Of a stretch of 64,000 bases of DNA, positions 20,132-29,690 are shown in pieces. The notes beneath the pieces are model-generated. The model saw nothing but the letters and a program-made list of their open reading frames with translations, was not told the DNA's origin and did not search any database. This stretch comes from an uncultured Thermodesulfobacteriota bacterium (GTDB taxonomy: Bacteria > Desulfobacterota > Desulfarculia > JACQYL01): NCBI GenBank assembly GCA_964597345.1, contig CAZQXK010000005.1:10144-74143 (forward strand), written 5' to 3'. Made by a program: the position numbers and the translations under genes. Numbering within the stretch: the first letter of the stretch is position 1; every line of letters begins with the position of its first letter.

Positions 20132-20875
20132 ATGGGAAGAACGGCGGTGATCGAGCTGAACGATGTACACAAGTCTTTCGGCGTCCAGCATGTATTGCGG
20201 GGAGTGAACCTTCGCGTGGAGCGGGGAAGAATTACCGTGATCATGGGCGCAAGCGGCGGAGGCAAGAGCGTTCTTCTGAAACACATGATCGGCCTCATTC
20301 GCCCGGACCGTGGTGAAGTAAACGTGTATGGCGGCAATCTTGCGGCCATGTCGGAATGGGATATGGCGCCCATCCGAAAACGTATGGGTATTTTATTCCA
20401 GGATGCCGCCCTGTTCGACTCCATGAATGTGGCGCAAAACGTGGCATTTCCACTGTTACAACATACTCGACTGAAACCGCGGGAGGTCCGGCGGATCGTA
20501 GCGGAAAAGCTTGAACTCGTTGGACTCAGCGGGATTGAACAGAAGATGCCCTCCCACTTGAGCGGAGGAATGCGAAAACGTGTGGGATTGGCGAGGGCCA
20601 TTGCCATGGATCCCGAGATCTTGTTGTTTGACGAGCCTACGAGCGGGTTGGATCCGGTGCTGGCGGATTCCATCGATCGGTTGATCGTGAGAACCCAGAG
20701 CCGTCTCCATGTCACGGCCGTCGTGATCAGTCACGATGTTCAGAGCACGTTTCGAATTGCAGACCGGGTGGCCATGCTGGCGGAGGGAACCATTGTGGCT
20801 GAAGGAAGTCCGGAGGCCATGAAACAATCTCCTATTCCTGTGGTTCAACGCTTCCTTCAGGGGCGTTCGGAGTAA
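20132..20875 (+). CDS. mlaF: Phospholipid ABC transporter ATP-binding protein MlaF
   Basis: Walker A GASGGGKS, LSGGMRKRV signature, Walker B LLFDEP. Confidence 0.85.
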   Translation: MGRTAVIELNDVHKSFGVQHVLRGVNLRVERGRITVIMGASGGGKSVLLKHMIGLIRPDRGEVNVYGGNLAAMSEWDMAPIRKRMGILFQDAALFDSMNVAQNVAFPLLQHTRLKPREVRRIVAEKLELVGLSGIEQKMPSHLSGGMRKRVGLARAIAMDPEILLFDEPTSGLDPVLADSIDRLIVRTQSRLHVTAVVISHDVQSTFRIADRVAMLAEGTIVAEGSPEAMKQSPIPVVQRFLQGRSE

Positions 20876-20904
20876 AGGCTCCGCAAGACCCGGGGGGAAT
20901 CCTT

Positions 20905-22416
20905 ATGGGCGGTTTCACGGCGGAAATCAAGGTGGGGCTCCTGGTGTTGGCGGGGCTGATCGCCGTGGTCTACATGTCCTTCCAGGTGGGACGACCCGAT
21001 CCCACCGAACGGGATGGATACGAACTGGTGGCCTTCTTCGATACGGTCTCGGGGCTCAAACCGGGAACCCCCGTGGAGATGGCGGGTATCCGGATCGGAT
21101 CCGTGGAGGGTATCGGCCTCCATGAGGGAAGGGCCGAAGTGGTCCTGCGTATACGACCGGACGTGCTGATTGCCCATGACGCACAGGCCGTCATTCGGAC
21201 CCGCGGCGTCTTGGGAGACCGCTTCGTTCAGATTGTGCCCGGTTCCCCTCAGGAACCGGCCTTGACCCCCGGCTCGGAAATCGATCAGACGCAATCCCAG
21301 GTGGATGTGGATGAGCTGCTGGTGCAACTCACGGCCATCGCCGAGGATGTGAAATCGGTGACCGCCTCTTTGAAGGGAGCCGTCGGAGGCGTGGAAGGGG
21401 AAGAAACTCTCCGCGAAATCGTCGAAAACACGAGACGCGTCACGGGATCTCTGGACGCCATGGTCACTCGCAATACCGAGATCTTCGAGCAAATTTTGTC
21501 TAATTTCAGGAGCTTTTCCGCAGATCTCAAAGAATTGAGCGGTGTAAACAAAGAAAACGTGCATGTCCTGATCGCCAATGTACGTGGTGCCTCCGAATCC
21601 CTGGAGGAAACCCTGACCGGCCTTCAGTCGATCGTCCGGAGAGTGGAGCAGGGCGAGGGTACACTGGGACGTTTGTTGGTGGAGGATGAAACCATAGAGG
21701 AATTGAATGCGGCACTGGCGTCGGTCCGGGATGTTTCCGACAGAATCAGGAGGGGCGAAGGTACTCTGGGAAAGCTGGTGACGGATCCGTCCATCGGGGA
21801 GAAGTTGGATGAAACATTGACCCATGTGAGTTCTCTGACGGCCAGGGCGGAACGCTTAAGAGTCTACTTGGGCTATCGGGGTGAGTATCTGGTTCGAGGG
21901 GATGACGTGAAATCTTATGTGAACCTTCGAATCCAGCCCTCGTTGGATAAGTATTACCTGCTGAGCGTTGTGGATGATCCTCGGGGACGAATGCGAAGCA
22001 AAGTCACGGATCGTACGGTGACGCATCCCGACGGGAGCACCACGTTCGAGCGCGTGAGCGAGCAGCAGATCGACGAAGACGAACTCAAGTTTTCCGCGCA
22101 GATTGCCAAACGCTACTTTGATACCGCGATTCGAGGAGGTATTATTGAATCGACAGGCGGGTTCGGCGTGGATCATTACCTGTTCGACGACAATCTGAAG
22201 CTTTCCGCAGAGGTTTTTGATTTCGACTCCAGCCGTAAGCCCCATGTCAAGTTTTACGCGGATGCCAATCTCTTTGATCACTTCTATGTTACTGCGGGGT
22301 ACGACGACGCCTTCAGTGACCGGGGACGCAAATCCTTTTTTGTCGGTGCGGGTCTCCAGTTCAAAGACGATGATCTTAAGTTTCTCTTAGGCGGTACGAA
22401 CATCTCCTTGCCATGA
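20905..22416 (+). CDS. mlaD: MCE-family protein (MlaD-like, long form with C-terminal extension)
   Basis: N-terminal transmembrane helix plus MCE domain (LKPGTPVEMAGIRIGSVEGI); 503 aa. Confidence 0.8.
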   Translation: MGGFTAEIKVGLLVLAGLIAVVYMSFQVGRPDPTERDGYELVAFFDTVSGLKPGTPVEMAGIRIGSVEGIGLHEGRAEVVLRIRPDVLIAHDAQAVIRTRGVLGDRFVQIVPGSPQEPALTPGSEIDQTQSQVDVDELLVQLTAIAEDVKSVTASLKGAVGGVEGEETLREIVENTRRVTGSLDAMVTRNTEIFEQILSNFRSFSADLKELSGVNKENVHVLIANVRGASESLEETLTGLQSIVRRVEQGEGTLGRLLVEDETIEELNAALASVRDVSDRIRRGEGTLGKLVTDPSIGEKLDETLTHVSSLTARAERLRVYLGYRGEYLVRGDDVKSYVNLRIQPSLDKYYLLSVVDDPRGRMRSKVTDRTVTHPDGSTTFERVSEQQIDEDELKFSAQIAKRYFDTAIRGGIIESTGGFGVDHYLFDDNLKLSAEVFDFDSSRKPHVKFYADANLFDHFYVTAGYDDAFSDRGRKSFFVGAGLQFKDDDLKFLLGGTNISLP

Positions 22417-22524
22417 ACTCTCCGATGGTGCGGGGTTCCGGTTGCGGCCTTCATTCTGTGCAGGCGGAGTTCTTGCACGGTTTTCAACGATTCCATAAGA
22501 AATATTCCATAAGAGGGGGCCTGG

Positions 22525-24093
22525 GTGTTTCAATACGATCTGGACATGGACTGGCTGGATCAGAAAAAAGATCTATCCCGGGAAGAGATTCGAAAGAGGC
22601 TCTCGCGCATGCGTTCTCTTTGCCAAATGGTGCTGGAGATGGGCACCGACGGAATTCTCATTCTGGACGAAGAGGTATGTGTTGAATACGCAAATCGCAA
22701 GGCGGAGGAGCTGACGGGAATCAAGAAGGACCGACTCCTGGGCACCAAGTTCGATATTCTTTTGAACGACGTGGCCCGGCTTCCCTGGCTACAGATTCAC
22801 AGTGAGTTGGTAAGCCGCAAAGAAGACAGCCGCCGGTTTCTCACGGAATTCCTCATCAAGAGGCCCGACGGCTCTCAGTGTACCGTGGAGGCTTGTGTCA
22901 GCGTCGCCAGAACCGATGTGGGGCGTAAGACCTTTGTATATCTCCGGGAACAGACTCTCAAAGACGAAATCATGGATACCCTCCGCAGAACCAATGTGTT
23001 CCTATCCAACATCATCCGCAGTTCCGTGGACGGCATCATGGCCAGCGACATAAAAGGCAATGTGACCTTTTTCAACGAGTATGCCGAGCGTATGCTCGGC
23101 TACCGTTCGGAGGATGTGGTCGGGAAGATGCACATCAGCACGATTTACTCGGATCCGGCCGAAGCGCGTGAGATTATGGCCAAGATCCGGAGCGAGGAAT
23201 GCGGCGGTGTGGGCAAACTCACCACTACGCAAGTGAACTTGAAGGATCGTGAGGGTCGGATCATTCCCTGCAATCTCTCGGCAGCCATGATTTATGAGGA
23301 CGGACAGGAAAAAGCCACGGTGGGAATTTTTACCGACTTGAGAGAGCGGATCCGGATGGAACGGGAGTTGGAGGAAACCCATCTTCAGCTGGTGCAGTCC
23401 GAGAAGATGGCTTCCCTGGGAAAGCTGGCCGCCGGTGTAGCCCACGAAATCAACAATCCCCTCGGAGGGATTCTCATGTATGCCAACATCCTGATGGAAG
23501 ACATGAGCCCCGATAGCCCAGGCTGGAAAGATCTGGAGCACATCGTGGAGCAGACGCTCCGATGCAAGGATATTGTCCAGAACCTGTTGGATTTCAGTCG
23601 TCAAAGCGGAACCGAACAGATCTATTTCAGCGTGAATGAATGCGTGCAGAAGGTGGTTTCCTTATTCAAGGATCAGTCCATGCTGCACGATATACGAATA
23701 GTTCTCGAACTGGATCCGGAACTGCCGCGAGTATTGGGCAATCCGGGTCTAATGAATCAGGTCCTTACCAACTTACTGGTGAATGCCGTCGACGCCATGG
23801 AGGGGGAAGGGGTTCTGACGTTTCGTTCCAGGGCGGATTATCCCCAGGGTGTGCTGGTGGTCGAGGTGGAGGATACCGGGTGCGGGATTCCCGAAGAATT
23901 GCTTTCCCGAGTGTTCGACCCGTTCTTTACCACCAAGAAAGTGGGTAAAGGCACGGGACTGGGGCTGGCAACTTCGTACGGAATCGTCAAGCGCCACGGA
24001 GGTCGGCTTATGGTGAAAAGCGTCGAAGGTATGGGGTCCATTTTTCGTGTCGAACTTCCGATTCCTCCTGATGAGTCTTCCTCGCTACGATAA
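22525..24093 (+). CDS. PAS-domain sensor histidine kinase
   Basis: PAS-like repeats, H-box AAGVAHEINNPL, HATPase G-boxes (DTGCGIP, GTGLGL); GTG start with AAGAGGGGG RBS. Confidence 0.8.
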   Translation: MFQYDLDMDWLDQKKDLSREEIRKRLSRMRSLCQMVLEMGTDGILILDEEVCVEYANRKAEELTGIKKDRLLGTKFDILLNDVARLPWLQIHSELVSRKEDSRRFLTEFLIKRPDGSQCTVEACVSVARTDVGRKTFVYLREQTLKDEIMDTLRRTNVFLSNIIRSSVDGIMASDIKGNVTFFNEYAERMLGYRSEDVVGKMHISTIYSDPAEAREIMAKIRSEECGGVGKLTTTQVNLKDREGRIIPCNLSAAMIYEDGQEKATVGIFTDLRERIRMERELEETHLQLVQSEKMASLGKLAAGVAHEINNPLGGILMYANILMEDMSPDSPGWKDLEHIVEQTLRCKDIVQNLLDFSRQSGTEQIYFSVNECVQKVVSLFKDQSMLHDIRIVLELDPELPRVLGNPGLMNQVLTNLLVNAVDAMEGEGVLTFRSRADYPQGVLVVEVEDTGCGIPEELLSRVFDPFFTTKKVGKGTGLGLATSYGIVKRHGGRLMVKSVEGMGSIFRVELPIPPDESSSLR

Positions 24094-24123
24094 TCCTGAT
24101 TCCAAGAATCTGAATTCACGGAG

Positions 24124-25620
24124 GTGGAGGGGATGACGGATCCCGAACTCACGGTGGTTGTAGTGGATGATGAGAAACTCATCCGGGAAGGATGCGCCCG
24201 GGTTCTATCCAAAGCGGACTACCGGGTGTACACCGCCGAGAACGGCCGTGAGGGGTTGGACCTCATCATCCGCCGGCATGCGGATATCGCACTGTTGGAC
24301 CTGAAAATGCCCGTTATGGACGGGATGGCCGTTCTGGACGAAATCCGTGAGCGTCAATTGGATACGGTGGTGATTGTGATCACGGGTCATGGAACCATCG
24401 AGACGGCCGTTCAATCCATGAAACGCGGGGCGTACGATTTCATTACGAAGCCGTTTGCTCCGGATCAGGTTCGCATGGTAGTGCGCCGAGCCTGGGAAAT
24501 GAAACGCCTGGAAAGGGAAGCGGCGTTCCTTCGAGAAGAGCGGGCCAAAAGTCTCAGAGACATCGCCACAGAGAAAAGCCGTATTTCGAACATCATTCAG
24601 GCCATGGCCGATGGGGTGATCATCACGGATCAAAACGCGGAAATCGTACTGAACAATGCCGCCGCCTCACGGCTATTGGGGCTATCGCCCACGGTGCTGC
24701 GGGGTCGGAGTATTACGGAGGTTGTCGCCAATGCCGCCATGACCCGGGCCATCAGCCAGATTCTGAACGCGGATGCGCCCAACGTGTCCACCATAACCCA
24801 GGAATTGGAAGTAAGCGACGATGCACTGGTGCGAGCCACTTCGGGTGTGGTGAGGGATGAGGAAGGCACGCCCATGGGTACGGTGACGGTGCTCCAGGAC
24901 ATTGGACACGTGAAGCGGCTTGAACGAATGAAATCGGATTTCGTGTCCATGGTGGTTCACGAGTTGCGGTCACCTCTCGCGGCGATGCGCCAGCATGTGG
25001 ACTTGCTCCGTTCCCAAGTAATGGGGCCCTTGAATCCTACGCAGCGTGAGACTCTGGATCGTGTGGCGGAAAGAAGCACCGGGCTGTTGCGAATGATCAA
25101 TAACCTTCTGGATCTTTCCAAGATCGAAGCGGGGAAGCTGGTTTTGAACAAGGAACGCCTGGATATGAAGCCGGTAATCACCGCAGTTGTGGAGTTGATC
25201 CGGCCGCATGCCGAGGAACGGAACATTCGGGTGGAACTGGAGCTCCCGGATTCCCTCCCTCCCGTGCTCGGGGACCCCATGTATCTGGAAGGCGTTGTGA
25301 TGAATCTGGTCTCCAATGCCGTTCGATACAATCGGAACGGCGGTTCGGTCCATGTCCAGGCCGGATCCAAGGGGGACATGTTCCTTCTCGAAGTCTCGGA
25401 CACCGGCATCGGCATTGCGAAGGAAGATCTTCCACGGATTTTCGATCGATTCTACCGGGTCCGCAGCCGAGAAACCCGGAAAGTCGTTGGGACCGGTTTG
25501 GGGTTGCCCATCGTGAAAGGCGTGGTGGATGCCCACCTCGGCTCCATCGAAGTGGAAAGCGTTCCGGAACGGGGCACAATCTTTCGGGTGTTCATTCCAG
25601 CCGTTCCCGCCGCCTCCTGA
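24124..25620 (+). CDS. Hybrid response-regulator/sensor histidine kinase (N-terminal REC, PAS, HisKA, HATPase)
   Basis: VVVDDE...LLDLKMP REC domain; H-box HELRSPL; HATPase DTGIGI and GTGLGL. Confidence 0.8.
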   Translation: MEGMTDPELTVVVVDDEKLIREGCARVLSKADYRVYTAENGREGLDLIIRRHADIALLDLKMPVMDGMAVLDEIRERQLDTVVIVITGHGTIETAVQSMKRGAYDFITKPFAPDQVRMVVRRAWEMKRLEREAAFLREERAKSLRDIATEKSRISNIIQAMADGVIITDQNAEIVLNNAAASRLLGLSPTVLRGRSITEVVANAAMTRAISQILNADAPNVSTITQELEVSDDALVRATSGVVRDEEGTPMGTVTVLQDIGHVKRLERMKSDFVSMVVHELRSPLAAMRQHVDLLRSQVMGPLNPTQRETLDRVAERSTGLLRMINNLLDLSKIEAGKLVLNKERLDMKPVITAVVELIRPHAEERNIRVELELPDSLPPVLGDPMYLEGVVMNLVSNAVRYNRNGGSVHVQAGSKGDMFLLEVSDTGIGIAKEDLPRIFDRFYRVRSRETRKVVGTGLGLPIVKGVVDAHLGSIEVESVPERGTIFRVFIPAVPAAS

Positions 25621-26108
25621 AACGGATCCGGAATACAAATCGTTGACGCTGCCCCCCCCGACCCCTTAGAATCAAGCCAAGGAATCCTGTCGAAAAGGCA
25701 TCCGAGGGTCCGCCCAAAGGACCGCGAACAGCGCGGCCGCCGATACATGAATGGATAGGGCGTCCTCGTTGGTCCGGGCGTTGCGGCCTGCCTGAGCCGC
25801 GGAGATCCCGGCGTGTAGGGGTGCGGACAGCCTGCACCTCCGGGTCTTTACGTACGATTCATTGATGTGGACCCGTGTGCCTGGTCGCCTTGCGTCGGCC
25901 ACTGCCTCTCAGACCCGTACATACGCCGACGGGCAGGGAGTGAGGCGTCGGGCCGTTGAAGGACTTTTCGCCGGTGCAGCCGAAGGTCGATGTTGGGTCG
26001 TTAAAGTTCAGAAGAGAGGAGGGCTAATTCGGGAAGGTGTTCGAGCGAGTTGCGTAGTGTACGGATTTCGCGGAAGGAGCGGATCGGGGTGTTGAGGGCG
26101 CCGCGGAG

Positions 26109-26501
26109 TTGGCCAGGAGCAATGGGGCCCGGTTGTACTTTGTTCATGTCATTCCTCCCATCGTGGCCCCTTCCCCGGCCTTTGAGGAATTTGTGCCCAG
26201 CTATACTTCCATGGAGATTACCGAGGAAGTCATGAAAGCCTCCCAGGAAAAAATCAGCGAATGGTATGTCCCCCGCCTGCAGGATTACCCGAACTATGAG
26301 GTACGGATCGAAAATGGATATCCCTCCAATCGCATTGTAGAATTCGCCGAAAAGAATCAGGTCGATCTCATTGTCATGGGCTCTCAGGGCCTTACAGGGT
26401 TGGCCCACGTGTTCTTCGGAAGCACCGCGGAAAAGGTGGTTCGAAAAGCGGATTGCTCGGTTCTCTGCGTGAGGAGGCAACCGGAAAAGGATCCATCGTA
26501 A
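26109..26501 (+). CDS. Universal stress protein (UspA family), N-terminally short
   Basis: VMGSQGLTGLAHVFFGSTAEKVVRKADCSVLCV C-terminal Usp motif; TTG start; the first beta-strand/ATP-binding motif is missing and an in-frame stop lies 18 codons upstream. Confidence 0.55.
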   Translation: MARSNGARLYFVHVIPPIVAPSPAFEEFVPSYTSMEITEEVMKASQEKISEWYVPRLQDYPNYEVRIENGYPSNRIVEFAEKNQVDLIVMGSQGLTGLAHVFFGSTAEKVVRKADCSVLCVRRQPEKDPS

Positions 26502-26518
26502 ATCGAGGTGTGTTTCCC

Positions 26519-26911
26519 ATGCCCAATTCCGCCAGAATTTTGCTCGTGGACGACGACTACGACATGGTCGAATCCCTGAGACTTTTCCTGGAGGTGCGGG
26601 GGCTTCAAGTGGAATGCGCCTATACGGGCGAGGCGGCGTTGGATTGCGTGCGGAACTCGGTCCCGGATCTGTGTTTGCTGGACCTTGTTCTCCCGGACAC
26701 CGATGGGTTCAACCTCGTGGAGCGGATACGCGAACTTCCGGGTTGCGCAGCTATCCCGGTAATACTGATGACCGCCATGGGCACCGTCAGCGAGGCGCGA
26801 TCCTATTCGGGCATGGGGTCTCAACGCGTGGATGCCTTTGTGGTAAAACCTGTGGATTTTGATGAACTCAATGCGTTGCTGGATGCGTTGCTTCCCGTAT
26901 CCCGACTGTAA
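26519..26911 (+). CDS. Single-domain response regulator (REC only, CheY-like)
   Basis: ILLVDDD...LLDLVLPDTDG...VKP receiver motifs; 130 aa. Confidence 0.8.
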   Translation: MPNSARILLVDDDYDMVESLRLFLEVRGLQVECAYTGEAALDCVRNSVPDLCLLDLVLPDTDGFNLVERIRELPGCAAIPVILMTAMGTVSEARSYSGMGSQRVDAFVVKPVDFDELNALLDALLPVSRL

Positions 26912-27137
26912 TCCGGTCCATCGGCTTGACGGTGTTGCGACGATCCACTTCGGCGGATATCCATAGGCCCCGATTCCGAAAGCCGTATCTGTTCACTGGG
27001 AATGCAGGTGAGATGTCCCCGCGGCTTTTTCCTCCGGATTCCTGGAGAGATCCTCTTCCGCGGATCGGGTCCCGGAATTCGACGAATTTCATTGTCTACA
27101 GCGACAAGTTGGAGAAGCGTTCTAAAGGAGTTTCGCT

Positions 27138-28418
27138 GTGTGGCGAGCGAGCCTTCCGGACTCCATGATCCACGAATACACGAAGCTTTGTCTCCGGCTG
27201 GGAGGGCGCATGGTCTCCGATCAGAAGCCGGAATCCGTGCTGGAGGAACTATCCAACGGGTATAGGGACCTTTTTCACCTCGATTGCATCTGGGTCCTGA
27301 TGGGCAATGTCAAACTGGGGCGGTGCATTTCTTGGGAAACGGAGACCGACAAACCGCTCGATCTGACGGAATCCGACCAGGAGGCAATTCTCCGATTCCT
27401 GCTGGCCCAGGATGGGTTGATGACTCGCGAAGATCTGTTGAAGGGGGGGTTTCCGCTTTGGGTCCGGCTGGAGCGTTATCCATTCCTTGATTATCTTCCG
27501 GTGCGTGGCCGCGAGGGAACCGTAGGAGCTCTCATCGTGGCCGATCGTTGTCGGTCACTTGCCGAGGAGGAACGGAAACTGGCGGTAATGTTGCTCTCCC
27601 TTGTGGCGGAAGGGATCGCATCGCAGTCGGGTGGCGGATCCCTTCCAGTCTTTCAAGGGGATGAGCGGTCACTCGCCGCCTTGCAGAAGCAGATGGTTTT
27701 CTGCGTTCACGAGTTGAAGGCGCCGGTTGCAGCTGTGCGTCAGTATCTGATGATATTGGAACAAGGGATTGCAGGGGGCATGTCCCAGCTCCAGGAAGGC
27801 ATTGTCCGGAAGGCGTCACTACGTGCGCGGGCGACCTTGGACCTCCTGGACGACTGGCTTATTGCCGCGCGGATCGACGCTGGCCTGTATCCGCAAGAAG
27901 TTCGCCCGGTGAATGTGGCTATGCTGCTGAGACGGAGCCTGGAGGAGGAAGCGAAAGAAGCGGCTGCGAGAAGCGTCGAAATCACCTTGAGGGAACCGGT
28001 TCCTGCAGCGGTGGTTCGGGGAAACGAGGAGTTGTTGGGGAAGGCTTTGCGGTACTTGCTGCGAAATGCGATTCGTTTCAGTGCGCCGGGATTGGATGTG
28101 CAGGTGGAAATGCGGCAGGTCGGTGAGGGAACCAGCATAACGATTGCCGATCGAGGTTGCGGAATTCCGGAGCATGAATTATCCCGGGTATTTGAAGCCT
28201 TTTATCGCTCCAGGGATCCGAAGCTTCAGGATCAGGTGGGCGCCGGGATGGGACTCACGGTGGTGCGCTCCGTGATGGGCCTGCATGGCGGTTGGGTGCG
28301 TCTGTATCGGCGGCCCCAAGGCGGCGTGGAAGCGATTGTCTACTTGCCTTCGGCCTCCGGAGGGAATCGCGCCGGCAGTGTTCCACCGCCTGCTGACTCC
28401 TCGGATGCCGGATTCTGA
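27138..28418 (+). CDS. GAF-domain sensor histidine kinase
   Basis: N-terminal GAF-like region; H-box HELKAPV; HATPase DRGCGIP and GAGMGL. Confidence 0.75.
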   Translation: MWRASLPDSMIHEYTKLCLRLGGRMVSDQKPESVLEELSNGYRDLFHLDCIWVLMGNVKLGRCISWETETDKPLDLTESDQEAILRFLLAQDGLMTREDLLKGGFPLWVRLERYPFLDYLPVRGREGTVGALIVADRCRSLAEEERKLAVMLLSLVAEGIASQSGGGSLPVFQGDERSLAALQKQMVFCVHELKAPVAAVRQYLMILEQGIAGGMSQLQEGIVRKASLRARATLDLLDDWLIAARIDAGLYPQEVRPVNVAMLLRRSLEEEAKEAAARSVEITLREPVPAAVVRGNEELLGKALRYLLRNAIRFSAPGLDVQVEMRQVGEGTSITIADRGCGIPEHELSRVFEAFYRSRDPKLQDQVGAGMGLTVVRSVMGLHGGWVRLYRRPQGGVEAIVYLPSASGGNRAGSVPPPADSSDAGF

Positions 28419-29542
28419 GATAGTTCATGGAAGGCGCGGATGACCGTGTCTATCTCGGAGGGCGTATTGAATCCCGAGGGGCTCAGCCGGAAAGCGCCGT
28501 TGGGAAAGGTTCCCAAAGATTGGTGCATGAGGGGCGCGCAATGGAGTCCGGCCCTGCCCAGAATGCCATACTGTTTGAACAGGTATCCCTCCAAGGACTC
28601 CGGACTCAGGCTGGCCATGCATAAGGAAACGATGGGGACCCGATGCCCCCGGAGCGAGGGGTCCGCCAGGGTCACCCCCGGTATGTTCCCGAGTTCCGAT
28701 CGCAATCGCTGCGACAGGTCGATGGCGCGCTTCATGAATTCTTCACCCATTTCCCGGTGATGACGGAGGGCGGTGACCAGGCCGGTGAAGGCGGGTGCAC
28801 TGAGACTCCCTGCCTCGAGGCGCATGGGCATCTCTCGGGGCTGACCGGGTAGATCGCCGCGGTATCCCGTTCCTCCCACCCAGATTGGATTCAGTTCCAC
28901 GTCGGGATGCACATACAGGCCGGCGGTACCGGGAGGACCGTGAAGCCATTTGTGTCCTGTGAATGCCACGAGGTCCGCATGCATCGCCTCCGGAAGGAGA
29001 GGAATGCATCCCAGGGTCTGGGCGGCGTCCAGAAGGGTGATGGCTCCGACGCGTTTGGCCATTTCGAAGATCGGGGCCACGTCCATCAGCCGGCCGGTCA
29101 CGTTGGATGCATGGGTCAAGGCCACCAGGCGGGGATGACGTCTCATGGCGTCGGCCGCCTGCATCACATCCAGGCCGCCGTCCGGGGTCAGTCCGATACG
29201 GGTGACCTCGATGCCGGGATAGCGTTGTCTCAAGAGGTGGATGGGGCGGAGAACGGAGTTGTGCTCCGCTACGGTGGTCACGATACGACAGTCGTTCTCG
29301 ATTCCCAGTCCCAGGATGGCCGTGTTCAAGGCCAAGGTGGCGTCGTGGGTAAGGACGATACGGCTGGGATCCGTCACTTCCAACAGGTCGGCGAGTGTTT
29401 TCCGGCACTCTTCCACAGGATCGCCTTTACGGGTGCCGGAGCGGCCCCAGAAATGCGGAGGCGCGCCCATCACGCGCAAAATTGAACGGGAAACCCCCGG
29501 CGCCGAAGGCCAACCCAATGCAGCGTTGTTCAGGTAAATCAT
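28340..29542 (-). CDS. Aminotransferase class V / cysteine desulfurase family protein
   Basis: TGHKWLHGPPGTAGLYV PLP-lysine motif; full AAT-V fold similarity; 3' end overlaps the convergent kinase gene by 79 bp. Confidence 0.8.
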   Translation of the reverse strand: MIYLNNAALGWPSAPGVSRSILRVMGAPPHFWGRSGTRKGDPVEECRKTLADLLEVTDPSRIVLTHDATLALNTAILGLGIENDCRIVTTVAEHNSVLRPIHLLRQRYPGIEVTRIGLTPDGGLDVMQAADAMRRHPRLVALTHASNVTGRLMDVAPIFEMAKRVGAITLLDAAQTLGCIPLLPEAMHADLVAFTGHKWLHGPPGTAGLYVHPDVELNPIWVGGTGYRGDLPGQPREMPMRLEAGSLSAPAFTGLVTALRHHREMGEEFMKRAIDLSQRLRSELGNIPGVTLADPSLRGHRVPIVSLCMASLSPESLEGYLFKQYGILGRAGLHCAPLMHQSLGTFPNGAFRLSPSGFNTPSEIDTVIRAFHELSQNPASEESAGGGTLPARFPPEAEGK

Positions 29543-29690
29543 AGAAGATGCCCCGGATGGAGGCTTGCGCAGGGATGAAGAGAAGACTTCAGGGAACTGA
29601 GAACGCTCCGCGCGTGGAATGAATCACAAAGGTTCCGGCCCTGCGGAGGCCGGAACCCGGATTCCTTCCCTGTGTTACCGGGAGCCGATT

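Noticed and set aside
19187-20284. 365-aa minus-strand ORF antisense to mlaE/mlaF
   Set aside because: It lies antisense to well-supported genes and has an Arg/His/Gly-rich low-complexity composition, so it is a high-GC antisense artefact. The same reasoning applies to 9201-10337 (antisense panC), 13187-14389 (antisense mtaD), 20857-21825 (antisense mlaD), 46784-48013 (antisense livM/livG) and 52504-54051 (antisense ruvC/yebC/rlmE).
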